From NCBI GenBank assembly GCA_052327205.1, contig CM126217.1, positions 17,484,001-17,548,000 of the forward strand: a DNA stretch of 64,000 nucleotides, given 5' to 3'. How positions within the stretch are numbered: the stretch's first letter is position 1; each line of letters opens with the position of its first letter. The position numbers were made by a program, and so were the translations under genes. Positions 52,187 through 63,960 of the stretch are shown one piece after another. This DNA comes from Somniosus microcephalus. Lineage: Eukaryota. The notes beneath the pieces were generated by a model, which searched no databases, was not told the DNA's origin, and saw only the letters and a list, made by a program, of their open reading frames with translations.

Positions 52187-53030
52187 GGGGTAGATTTTGC
52201 CGAACCTGTTGGGAAGAAGGTGGGACTTCCCCTTTCGGGTTTTTGACCCGCCTACTTCGACGTCCAGCCAATCCGTGCAATTTTCCCTTGATTGACCTTG
52301 TTGAGCCCGCTGGGCAGGCTCAGCAGGCCAATTAAGGGCCACCCGGCAACAGGTGACGTCACAGACTGAAATTTCATCTATCAAGAGTTCTTGACAGATA
52401 AAATATCAGTGTCTCACAGCTGTTTGAAGCTGTGAAACACTGACACTCTTGAGTTCTAAGCTGAGTCATTCTGCACAGGCTCAGTTAGAACTCTCACCGG
52501 CACTCAAAGCTGAAGGCTGTCACTTTTGACAGATCGCAGCCGTTCAGCTTTCAGTTCCGGCTGAGTGATGTGCTCCCGACGGCTACAGGAAGAAAGGCTG
52601 CTAAGGTAAGTACAGGTAAGTAAAAGTTCTTTACACACTTTAGACACACCAAACACACTTACCTTTGCACTCATGCACCCATCACTCACCTGAGCGCCGA
52701 CATCACGACCCCTCCAACTCCTGCAACCCGACGGCCCACCTGCTCTAACCTGGCATGGTTTGGAGCCGTCGGGAAACCCACACGAAACCCCTCAAAATAG
52801 GGATTGGGCTAAAAACTGCCTGTTAACTACCTGTTAACAGGCAGTTAATTGGCACTAATCCCTACCCGCCTGGTTTCGGCGGGTCCCAGTGCGGGGCGGG
52901 TACCCGTCGCCCCCGAAACTTACGTGGGGCGGGATGGTGGCGGGACCCCCAAATTCGGGATTTCTCCCCCCCCCCCCCCCCCCCCAACATGCCTGAAACC
53001 CCGCCTGACGGCTGGGGGGAAATCAGGGCC
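52187..53030. mobile_element. PIF/Harbinger-type non-autonomous DNA transposon, copy 2
   Basis: Collinear homology with 8149-8971; imperfect TIR and TTT flanks. Confidence 0.72.
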
Positions 53031-53912
53031 TTTGTTTCCAGCAAAAATAAAATCAACAAGCAGTAAATGATACAATGCAGTGGTTTTTAAACTTGTGTGC
53101 ACAAGAAGGTTCCTGAAAATATTGACCCTCTCCCATGTACCCCCATCTTAATGTCCAAAACACAGCCGATAACAAAAGTTAACAAATGCAGGGGAAAAAA
53201 TATAGCATAAAACAATAACATTTCCACCAGGATTTTCCGAACACCAGCTGTAACTTTGGCGGAAGATCAGCGGAAACACCAGAGAAATGGTATAAAACGG
53301 GTGCATTGAGGGCCAATTTCTACCCCTTCATCTTCTCAACTGCAAAACGACACTTAAACCCTTCACCCGTCTTTCAAGGTCGTGCAACTTACGCAGCATC
53401 GTAAAATAATGTTTATCAATTACAATTTACTGCATGGTTTATGAGCTATGAACCATGGGTGTCCAATTTGTGCATCAGTGCAAGTGATTATTCAGCACTC
53501 AGTTAAAATTACAAGTGTTACACTGGGTTCAAGTGAAGCCTTGGTTTGCTAAGAGTGGTTTTGTCAGGAAAGTCTTTGTACTGTAATACAGAAGAAACGT
53601 TAAATCCTTTTGTGCAGAATATTGGTTAAGAAGTTTGCTTGTAGCATTGCTGAATATTTGTTCCTGATTCCTGTCTTGTGTTCAATCCAGCCATAGCTCT
53701 GGATATATGCAGCCGGGAGAGGAGATGAGGCAGGAACAGTCCCAGCAGGAAACATTGTACTCAAACAGGCCCATGTATGCTGAGGAATTCCAGACAAGAC
53801 CCTCAGGACACAATCCAGGTATGAATGCATAATGGGTTGATGACTTTTTAGAATCAAGTCAATCTCAGTCATTTGCAATATTCTGTTTCCTTTCCATAGT
53901 CCTCACTGCTAC

Positions 53913-54671
53913 TGTTATAGTTTACATGCGAGTCCCATTCATGTGGGCCAGTTGCGTGCAAGTATTCCTCCTCAAACCTGTATGCATGCAAGTTACTTGC
54001 AAACTAAGCGTGGCATTCAGTGCTCAACTTCATCTGAGACGCAGCATTAACAGATTTGGATGTGACGCCAAATGGTTATCAATGTCTCATTTATTAATAG
54101 TTAAATCAAACATGTAAAAGTATCAAAAATTAGAAGGCAATCGTAATAATCCAGAGATCAAAGCAACAATCGGCTCCCGCAGCAATATTGGAGATTAAAA
54201 CAATATCACCCGTATGATCTCTGGGCTGTGCTCACAATTTTATTGTCTCTTTTTTACTTCTTTTGTTTCTTTTATTCTTTTGTCTGATCGCAGCCCTGCC
54301 TCCGATCTATCTTTTCTTTCCAGTTTTGAAGAAGGGTTCGACCCGAAACGTCAACTCAAATTTCTGTCCACGGATGTTGCCTGACCTGCTGAGTTTTTCC
54401 AGCATTTTCTGTTGTTATTTCACAATTAAGGTGGTGGTGTAGTTGTTACAAGTTCTCTGACAACTAGGCAGTCTTTCGATAGTTGGGTGTTCTTCTGACT
54501 GCTGGGTGGTCTTTGCTGTTACCTTTGCCCCGAGCACACAAGACGCTGGGTTTTTATGCCTCCTCCTGGCAGGAATCTCACACCATATATGGGATTGTTA
54601 TTCACCGACCCTTATAGATTAATAACTTGCTTTTCAAGGAATTCAAGATGGTCAGCTTGTTTAACATTACA
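53913..54671 (-). mobile_element. Putative 3' LTR of the endogenous retroelement
   Basis: On the minus strand: purine tract GGGGAGA (54678-54672), TGTAAT start, CATAAAAA TATA-like box (~54558-54551), AATAAA (54095-54090) and ...TATAACA end. Interrupted by 54240-54419. Confidence 0.55.
54240..54419 (+). mobile_element. Penelope-like terminal fragment inserted in the LTR
   Basis: TGAAGA-AGGGT-tcg-ACCC-GAAACGTC core, same tail family as 23856-24004; 8-bp TSD TCACAATT. Confidence 0.65.
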
Positions 54672-55030
54672 TCTCCCCACAAGACTTTTCAGAAGGTTGT
54701 TTTTCAAGGTGGCCAGTTTGTCTGACCACACTTGTCTAACTATCTCGTCATTGTCCTAGTTTTATTGCTATCTTTGGATTATGTTCCGCTTTTTGGAACC
54801 GTTGTTCCTCTTTTGTTATATAAATGCTTTGCCTCACAGTGAGGGTAACAAGGGTCGGTCACTAATCAAAGGTTACCAGTTTGAAATTCAGCAAAATAAG
54901 CCATACGCTCAGCAAAATACGCAGCACAGCCTGCAGAGCGTGACGGTTAGTAGCATTAAGAAAATTATGTAAATTTACCCCTATTTCCAATATTCTTACA
55001 GATTCAGCACCTTAAGAGAAAGAAGAACAA

Positions 55031-55511
55031 GGGATAAAAATTGGGTAGCGCCCTTGGGGGCGCTAATTTTAGTGCCCTGAAAAAGTTAGCGCTCCCGTGG
55101 TGGATTTTCCCAGGTAGCACCCCAAGAGGGAGGTGTGCCGGGCTCACGGAGAGCAGGTGGCACCCCGCGGGGGGGCTTCATGGGGGCCGGGGACAGGTGC
55201 TGACAGGCAACCAGCAACAAAAATGGCCGCCCGCCACCTCCCTTTAACTAGCGCCACCCCAGCCACAGGTAGGACCCCTTGACCCTGGCAGACATAGCGT
55301 CCGGCGGTAAGTCGGGGGGCGCCACCCAATATTACAGCCAGGGCGCGAGCGGGGCGCTGCACACAACGACGACGTCATCGCCGCCCGGCACTAACGGTTA
55401 ATGCCGTCGCTAACACCCACTGAATTTCACGGGAGGTGTTAGCGGCGCCGTGCTCATGCGCTAGTTGATTTGCGCCTAACGGGAGGCGCAAATCAACCGA
55501 ATTTAGTCCCC
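55031..55511. mobile_element. Harbinger-like MITE inserted just downstream of the env stop codon
   Basis: Imperfect TIR GGGATAAAAATTGG/CCGAATTTAGTCCCC, 3-bp TSD CAA and a GC-rich interior. Confidence 0.65.
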
Positions 55512-56264
55512 CAAGTCTTCGACCCTTCATTTATTTAATCAATTTAGTCCAATAGGGCAATGGCTTGGAATGGTGTGTATTCTCTTTTAACTTGGAGACC
55601 CATCTGTGGATCCAACAGGTAGACACGATTAGTGATACGGTTCCCAGAACTTGTATGATCAGGAAAGCATATCGCACCAAACATGCCCATGGAGATTCAC
55701 CAGCAGTATAGACATTCTCCGACCATGATTTAGCCCCAAGGGTTTGTATAGCTTTCTCCACTTCCTTGTTAGCCTGTTGCATTTTAAACAGATTTTTGAG
55801 AGGTAACACTTCTATTCAAAACGCTTTTAAGACTGGATGATAATGGGTGCCCGAATCGAATTACAGCCTGTAGTGCTTTCTCTGTCATGTCCCCACGGAG
55901 CTGCAGTCTGGTGATGTAATGATCAACTACAGTAACCGAAGTGACCCTAGTTTGAACATATGGGAGTGGGTTGCACATTTCATGGACTGCATAAGTGGAC
56001 AGTCTCTACCTCCATGTGTGGAAGCCTTCTCTGTGGCCGTGCAATAGTAATTCCCATTCCCTTGGTAAGCAATGCGAGTACCCTGCCTGTGGGACGTTAC
56101 CCACATGATACAGAGCGATGATTCATTGGCGAACGTATATCCGGATGACTGCTGGTCCTGAGTGTACTTCGTTTCACAAGCCCAGGCATCACCCTGTTGA
56201 GCACAAAATTGAAAGTTCACCCAAGACCAAATAGGGCGGGGGTTGATAGAATTCATTTAAGGTA

Positions 56265-56788
56265 CAGGTAGACTATCCTTTATCCGAAAACCTCGGGACC
56301 AGCCGTGTTTCGGTTTTCGGAAAATTTCGGATTTCGGAAGGTATTTTATAAGACTGGGAAATTTGGCGGGGGTCGGGGGTGGGGGTCGGTCGGGGTCGTG
56401 CGCACGACTTACGCTGAACGAAAACACTTTCGGTTTTCAGAGGATTTCGGTTTTCGGAAGTGCGGATAAAGGATACACTATCCCTTATCCGAAAGGGTGG
56501 GGGTCGTCGGGGGTCAGGGGGGGAGAAAAGAATATCGGCCAGGCCGCTGCAGCTATCGGACGGGCCGCTGTATTGTTGGGTTCACTCTCCCGGTATACCT
56601 CCTTCACACTGCCCAGCTCGGCTTGCAATCTCCTACCCAGGAGGGAACTCAGTGACCCTCTGCCCTGCTCAGCGTAAGTCGTGCGCCACTCTGGTCATGT
56701 CGTGCGCACGACTTACGCTGAACGAAAAAACCTTCGGTTTTTAGAGGGTTTCGGTTTTCGGAAGTTCGGATAAAGGGTAGTCTACCTG
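56265..56788. mobile_element. Tc1/pogo (Tigger-like) MITE, family B copy 2, nested in env
   Basis: TA|CAGGTAGACTATCCTTTATCCG...CGGATAAAGGGTAGTCTACCTG|TA. Confidence 0.85.
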
Positions 56789-57161
56789 TAGTTCCTTCTA
56801 ACCGCCCCACCAACTGTACGGAAAATAAAGGTAGGCCAGATTGATTGCCCAGGCTAGGGAGCACAATCAATAATCCAAAGATTTTCTGAGCCCCACGGTG
56901 TTTGCAGGGCACTTCAGCAATCTACACCTTCGCAAAGAATCTGGCTAGACACAGGTTAGTTTTGCTTGGTAACCACTTAATCAGTTGTTTACCTGTTACC
57001 TAAGTGGGTAATTTTCCCTCGACTATGTCTCTCAGCCCTTCTGTTATTCTCTCTTGCCAATGGCTCAAATACATGCTACACACCACCACCCTAGAGGCCT
57101 GAGATGCAATGGTCCCTTGATTGTATATGATTTTGTTAATCTTATCCTGGTTTGCGTGGAC

Positions 57162-59232
57162 ATAGGAACAGGAGAACATTGAGCCCCTTGAGCCTGTTCT
57201 GCCATTCAGTGAGATCATGGCTGATCTGTGACCTAACTCCATATACCCGCCTTTGGCCCATATCCTTTGGTTAACAAAAAGCTATCAATCTCCAATTTAA
57301 AATTAACAATTGATCTAGCATCAATTGCCATTTGCGGAAGAGAGTTCCAAACTTCTACCACACTTTGTATGTAGAAATGTTTCCTAATTTCACCCCTGAA
57401 AGATCTGGCTCTAATTTTTAGACTATGCCCCCTAGTCTTAGAATCCCCAACCAGCAGAAATAGTTTCTCTCTATCTACCCGATCTGTTCCCCTTAATATC
57501 TTGAACACTTTGATCAGATCACCCCTTAACCTTCTAAATTCTAGGGAATGCAACCCTATTGTGTAATCTTTCCTCGTAATTTAACCTTTGAAGTCTGGGT
57601 ATCATTCTGGTAAACCTACGCTGCACTCCCTCCAAGACCAGTATATCCTTCCTAAGGTGTGGTGCCCAGAACTGCTCTCAGTACTCCAGGTGTGGTCTAA
57701 CCAGGGTTTTGTGTAGCTGCAGCATAACTTCTACCTCCTTGTATACTAGTCCTCTCGATATAAAGGCCAGCATTCCATTAGCCGTTTTGATTATTTCCTG
57801 TACCTGTTCATGACATTTTAATGATCTATGTACCTGGACCCCCCAAGTCTCTTTGGACCCCCACTGTTTTTAGCTTTTCACCATTTAGAAAGTATCCTTT
57901 TTAGGTCCAAAGTGGATGACCTCATATTTGGCTGCATTGAAATCCATTTGCCACAGTTTTGCCCATTCACTTAATCTGTCAATATCCCTTTGTAATTTTT
58001 TGCTTCCATCTACATCTTTGTCTCATCTGAAAATTTGGATATATGATTTTCTATGCCATCATCTATGTCGTTAATAAATACTGTGAATAGTTAAGGCCCC
58101 AAACAGATCCCTGCGGGACACCACTAGTCACTACCTGCCAATTTGAGTACCTACCCATTATCCCTACTGCCTGTCTCCTGCCGTTCAGCTAATTTCCTAG
58201 CCAGGTCAATAATTTGCTCTCAATTCTGTGGGCTTCTTCCTTAGTTAACAGTCTCTTATCAAATGCCTTCTGGAAGTCCATATAAATAACATTCATATAC
58301 TTTCCCCTGTCCACTACTTTAGTCACCTCCTCAAAAAATTCAATCAGGTTTGTCAGGCATGACCTACCTTTCACAAATCCATGCTGGCTCTCTCTGATCA
58401 ACTGAAATTTTCAAGGTGTTCAGTCACCCTATACGTAATTATAGATTCTAGCAATTTCCCAACAACAGATGTTAGGCTATAACTGGTCTATAATTCCCTG
58501 GTTTCCCTCTCTCGCCATTCTTAAATAGCAGAGTGACATGCGCAATTTTTCAACCTAAAGGAATGATTCCTGAATTGTGAGAACTTTGGAAGCTTATAGT
58601 TTTAGAGCATCTGCAAAGTGCTCACCTACTTCCTTTAAACCCTGGGATGGAAACCATCAGGTCCTGGGGATTTGTCACTCTTTAATGACATTATTTTCTT
58701 CATTACTGTTATTTTACTTATGTTAATTTTATTGAGTCCCAGTCCCTGATTTAATATTAGTTTCCTTGGGATTTCCAGCATGCTATCCTCTTCTACTGTA
58801 AATACTGACGCAAAGTAATTATTCAACATGTCCGCCATTTCCTTATTATCATTGACAATATCACCGCTTTCAGTTTGTTAGGGGCCAACGTTGCTCCTGA
58901 CTACCCTCGTGTTCCTAATATAATTGTAAAAATTCTTTGTGTTGATTTTGATATCCCTTGCAAGTTTCTTTTCGTGCTCTTCCTATCTATTTTGTGACCC
59001 TTTGCTGTTCTTTGTATCTTTCCCAGTCGCCAGGATATATATTATTTCTTGCATTTTTGTATGATTTTTCTTTTGGTTTGACGCTGTCCCTTACCTCTTT
59101 AGTCGTCCATGGCTGGGTTTTTTGGGCAAGTGGAGCTGTTGCCCCTCAGGGGTATAAACTGGTTCTGTATCACCTTGAATTCTTTTTTGAACGTCTCCCA
59201 CTGATCTTCTGTCGTTTTACCCATTAACACCC
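57162..59232 (-). mobile_element. 5'-truncated CR1 LINE nested in env
   Basis: [51 protein letters not shown]; 5-bp TSD TGGAC (57157-57161, 59233-59237). Confidence 0.9.
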
Positions 59233-59440
59233 TGGACTATTTCATTACAGGACAAAGACCCTCTGACCCCTCATCGATCAGGTCCTGATTACTCCAATTT
59301 ATTTTAGTTAATAACTTCTTCAGTTGTCCTGTCGTTCTTCCCTGATGATAATACTGATTTTCTGTATCCAATCTGTTAAATACTGCTCCTGCGGCAGCTC
59401 CCCCAGCCACCCAATCAGTGCTAGATCTGGCTTGCTGGTT

Positions 59441-59760
59441 CTATTTCCCATAATCCATTACCATCAACGCAGCTCCTACATTGTACTCGAACGGTTGTAC
59501 CTTCTCATCGAAATATCTTTTAATCTGCTTCCTGGATTTTCCCCAACTGCTGGACCGCGTACATATCAGTGTTATCTACGTAGCCCATCATTTTGGCAAC
59601 CTAAGCATCGCCCACCTGCACGAAGGGGTGGCCGAAAGGATCAGTAGGTACCCTGGTGTCCGGATCGATGCCTCGTGACGGCCTGTATGGGGAAATACCT
59701 GTATTGGAATGAGAGGTCGCTCTGATAGCCATAAGACACGTAGGGAGATGATTAACCCAT
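59441..59760 (-). pseudogene. Retroviral-type integrase, C-terminal part of core and start of CTD
   Basis: Minus translation WVNHLPTCLMAIRATSHSNTGISPY ... RKQIKRYFDEKVQPFEYNVG. Confidence 0.8.
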
Positions 59761-59980
59761 AGAGTGAGGTGGTCTTTAGGTGGAGAATTGCCTCTCCAGG
59801 TGGATGGTGATCAGGGGTTGCATTTTACAGGAAAGAATGTTTGAGAACTACAAAAGGCTATGTGTAGTATCCACAAATTGCACATCTCCCACCATCCCCA
59901 ATCATCGGGGACGGAGGAAAGAGAGAATAAAACATTTAAAACCCTATTGAGGAAGTTTTGTGCAGACCACCCCACTCAAT
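59761..59980 (+). pseudogene. Retroviral-type integrase core segment (inverted)
   Basis: EVVFRW / LPLQVDGDQGLHFTGKNV*ELQKAMCSIHKLHISHHPQSSGTEERENKTFKTLLRKFCADHPTQ; D-x35-E spacing preserved. Confidence 0.85.
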
Positions 59981-61052
59981 AGGTTCCATGAAGGATGATT
60001 AAAAGGGCTGCTTTCAAAAGTACTGGCTGTTGGCTAAACTTGCGAGAGACATGAAGAAACAAGGGCCGATCTTCCTCTTCCCAGCACTGATTGGGAGCAC
60101 CTTATGAACACTGTACCTGGAGTGCAACCACAAGTTCCCAGACTTCCTGTCTGGCGTGATTTAAATATTACGGGGTGCAGGCCTAAGAGAAGAAGCGTTC
60201 TGGGATTCTAAAGGCTCCATGACTGTGTGTGGTGCGTTTTGTTGAACGTGGAAATAGCTATGTAATGTTCTGTGAGCTGGTAGAAAATGTGATGGTGCAA
60301 CCTATCTGTTGGTGTTTCTTCGTCCCAGTTTGGATGCAATGCAATGCTATTCAGGAGTTAAATGGGGGCCAAGGATTAGCACTTACTTTTTCTCTACTTT
60401 GCACCCATTTTTGAAAGAAACAAGGTTTTCACTGCCCCATTCAATAGCGTGGAGAATATCACGATGCAGTGATTCAGACACTGGGAATGCATATAGAGTG
60501 GAATCATCAGCAATATAGTGGATTGGACTTGATGTTGAGTGGTGGAATTAGTTGATATGGAGAAGCAAGAGTGGGAGGTAGAACATAGTGTGGAATGAGG
60601 AAGACTCAACAAGCACGCTCCTTCACAATCAACTTTCACAAACCATGCACAATCTACCCTATCGGGAGCTACTCACCCCTGCCCTTCCCACCCCCCACCC
60701 CCCACTCCCCAAATCCGAGTGAAAGTTGTGCATAAATACTCCTTGATCGCCAGTAATAGCGATTTGAGAGGAAACTGGATCACCAAGAATGTAGCTTTAT
60801 ACACTCTCAAAGGCGTAACTGATAACTTGACATAATGACAAGTGAATTCGCAGAGTTCAAAGAGCAGAGTTCCAGAGGTGTGTAATGCAAACAAGAACAT
60901 AATCCGTACAAGCATGAAAACGAGGAGAAATTCTTGAGCATTTTGTCACCGTAGGCTGTACCAATACAAATCTGCAGGGTGGCTGGAATCTGCTGATTAT
61001 TTTGTCAGGGAACATCATAGACACCTGTAATCCTTCATGAGAATGTTGTACT

Positions 61053-61187
61053 CAATGTTCCCTTTAAGCTACGTGGCCACGCAGCGCTCCAGGGATCCTG
61101 CGCATCCGGCTTTTCAATGCAAAAACCGTGCCTGTGTGGTATTTTGAATGGCCTGCGTGGCCCCAAAAAGAATTACAGGGAACATTG
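61053..61187. mobile_element. hAT-type MITE, copy 3 (reverse orientation)
   Basis: TIR CAATGTTCCCT/AGGGAACATTG; perfect 8-bp TSD GTTGTACT. Confidence 0.82.
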
Positions 61188-62999
61188 GTTGTACTGTGTT
61201 GCTGTTGGCAGCCGGTTTACCACAGAAGAACAAGCAAGTGGCTAGGAAAACAGTGCTTCTCGAACTACACTTCAAACAAAAGAAAGAGCAAACCTCAGTT
61301 TCTGTCACGTCTTTATTTTTATCCACCAATTTGAAAGGAACAGCTTTTTTTTAAAAAGAGTTGGCAACTTCTGAGAGAAAATACACATTTGCTTATGCAG
61401 CTTCTGGGCACAGCACCACGCCCAAACACATTAAAGCTAACAGATGTAAAGATATAAACAAATCTCATTCATCCTGTGGTATTGGAGTGCAGCATGTGTT
61501 GAAGCAACTCTCTGCTGGAGAATATGCATGCTTGAGATACCTGCTCAACATTTGCAGACCTGTTGATCTGCGTAACGGTAGCTGAGCAGTTCCTGGCATA
61601 TGAATTGAAAGACAGCAGAGAGGACACTGCCAGTAAAATTGTTGATTTACAATATAGAAGTTTTTATTTGCCAAACTTCTTTTACCCTTTCAACTATGGC
61701 TACCAAATTCAGTTTGAAATTGAAAGCAGAAATTTGCTTCAGTCCTATCATTGTTGATAGTCTGCAGTTTGAAAAGTGACTGACAGTGAATTTGACGCTG
61801 CAGGAATGTCTTTCAGAATTACAAATCAGAGAATTGCCCCATTCAGGGAGGAGATCAAGATTACATGAAATGACATTGAATATACAGCAAAAGAAACTGA
61901 CCATTCGGCCCAACTAGCCTGTGCTGGTGGTTATATTCCACACGAGTCTCCTCCGAGTCCATCTACCTCATCTCAGCCTTTCAGCATATCTTTCTATTCT
62001 CTCTTCTCTCATGGACTCGTCAGCTGTGAATTTAATCGCGCTGAGGGGGCCGGTTTGGAGGCGGGTCTGCTGTCAAAATCACAAAGATTGACAGCGGGTA
62101 GGAAATCTGGCGTGTTTTGTGTCTGCTCTGATGTTTGTGAAAAGCTGACAGCTGCAGAAGTGGTGTCGAGGATGCCGTGTTGCAGATGGTGAGTTTCAGA
62201 GCACAGAAAATGTTGGTTACTGCATTTTTAATACACATAGAGATTTCTTTAGCTTACAAGTTTTTAGATCCAACTGTATGTCCAGTGCCGCCTCATTGGG
62301 AGAACCTCTCTCACCATTGACAGATCGCTTCTGTCATCTCACCTGCAGCTGCCATCTATTGCAGCAACATCGGAGCCAATGAAACAATCAGACCTTGGTC
62401 CTCCGAATCCTACCAACATCAACATCACCAACCTTCTCCGCCATCACCTGATGCTGCACTGGACACAGGGCATCAGCCCCTGACAACATTGCCGCCCGGG
62501 AGGCCAGCGATGGCATCACCATGGCCAGATTTACTTCACTTGACGCTGTAAACCCTGGCTGCCACATGATGCGCCAGGTTGACACCATCCCGCGCCAGCA
62601 CCATGAAGCATCCCTTTAATGTCCAAGCCATTCCATGCACACCCATCACTATAGCGGGGGGGGGGGGGCGGCGGGGAGAGTTAAGACTGAACAATCACTG
62701 GAACTTAGTAAGACACTTCTCAAGGTGCGCTCAGATCTGTACAATAAGGGGCACTTTTTGAAAAAGAGATTTCACTGTATGACAACACATTACCAGAAAC
62801 TTCACATGGACATTGGCTAAACCTCTCAAGTGCCTACCCTTGTGTGTTGTTAGTTGGTATGCTTGCAGTAGGATGAGGGTGAGTGTGAAGGGTGGCTAGT
62901 GAGATGGGGAAGTGATAAAGTAGATAGAGAGGGTTGGTGGAGGTGCAAGGTAAGTTGGTGTTCTGGGGAGCTCTCTTCCATCCTATACAAGGTTAACAT

Positions 63000-63960
63000 A
63001 ATTTAACAACTTTAGAATTCTATACCCCAAAAATAAATCCCAGTGCTTTGTTAGCATTTTTAATTGCTTTGCAGACCTGTGATGCTACTTTTAATGATTT
63101 GTTCACCTGTATCCCTGGATCCCTTTGCTCTTCTACCCCATGCAGTTTCTTATTTTCTAAGCTGTAGGTGATGTAACCATTCTATGATTCTATGCAGGGC
63201 TATGGGGAAAGGGCGGGGGAGTGGGACTAGCTGAAGTGCTCTTGCAGAGAGCCGGCATGGGCTCAACGGGCCGAATGGCCGCCTTCTGTGCTGTAACCAT
63301 TCTATGATTCTATGTTTCTATTTTTCCTACCAAAGTGCATCACCTCACATTTATCTATGTTGAAGTCGATTTGCCACTTAACTGTCCAGTCTGCAAGTTT
63401 TCTAATGTCGTCTTGTATTATGTTACATTCTTCTTCAGTGTTTGTTACACCCCCCAGTTTGCTATCATCTGTAACTTGTTCCCAAGTCCAAATCATTAAT
63501 GCAAGTTATGAATAACAGTGGTCCCAGCACTGATGCTTGTGGAACACCACTTTCTACCTTCCTCCAATCTGAATAACTACCCTTTACCCCTGCTCTCTGC
63601 TTTCTATTTTTTCGTCAATTTGCTATCCATTCAGCTATTTCTCCCCTGACCCCACATGGCCTAACCTTTGTCATGAGCCAATTGAAGGTCTTTTGAAAAT
63701 CCAAGTATATGACATCGATTGCATTACCCTTGTCTACTCTTTCCATTATATCAGCTAAGAATTCTATCAGGTTAGTTAATTATGACTTAGCCTTTCAGAA
63801 TCCATGCTGACTATTTTTATTATATTTTCTAGATGCTCTTCTATCACTTCTTTTAGTATAGACTCCAGTATCTTTTCTATCACTGATCCATATTATAGCT
63901 GACTGGTCTATAATTCCCCAGTTTTGTTCTATCTCCCTTTTCATATATAGGAACAACATT
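63000..63960 (-). mobile_element. Old CR1 LINE fragment with a nested plus-strand CR1 3' end (63172-63314)
   Basis: DDSKLGG...KWQIDFNIDKCEVMHFGRKN; the nested piece ends in a (ttctatga)n-type tail. Confidence 0.75.

Larger units (their letters stand above)
55531..59440 (-). pseudogene. Decayed envelope/fusion glycoprotein gene in three pieces (59440-59233, 57156-56789, 56262-55531)
   Basis: Fusion-peptide-like TDWVAGGAAAGAVFN, heptad-like region, Cys-rich region (FCAQQGDAWAC, IAYQGNGNYYC), heptad QQANKEVEKAIQTL, Trp-containing membrane-proximal segment, TM YAFLIIQVLGTVSLIVSTCW and a basic tail. The frame is restored across both nested insertions once one TSD copy is removed. Confidence 0.72.

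Noticed and set aside
55531-56256. Intact or domesticated (syncytin-like) env gene
   Set aside because: Multiple stops, frameshifts, nested TEs and a missing N-terminus; this copy is a fossil.
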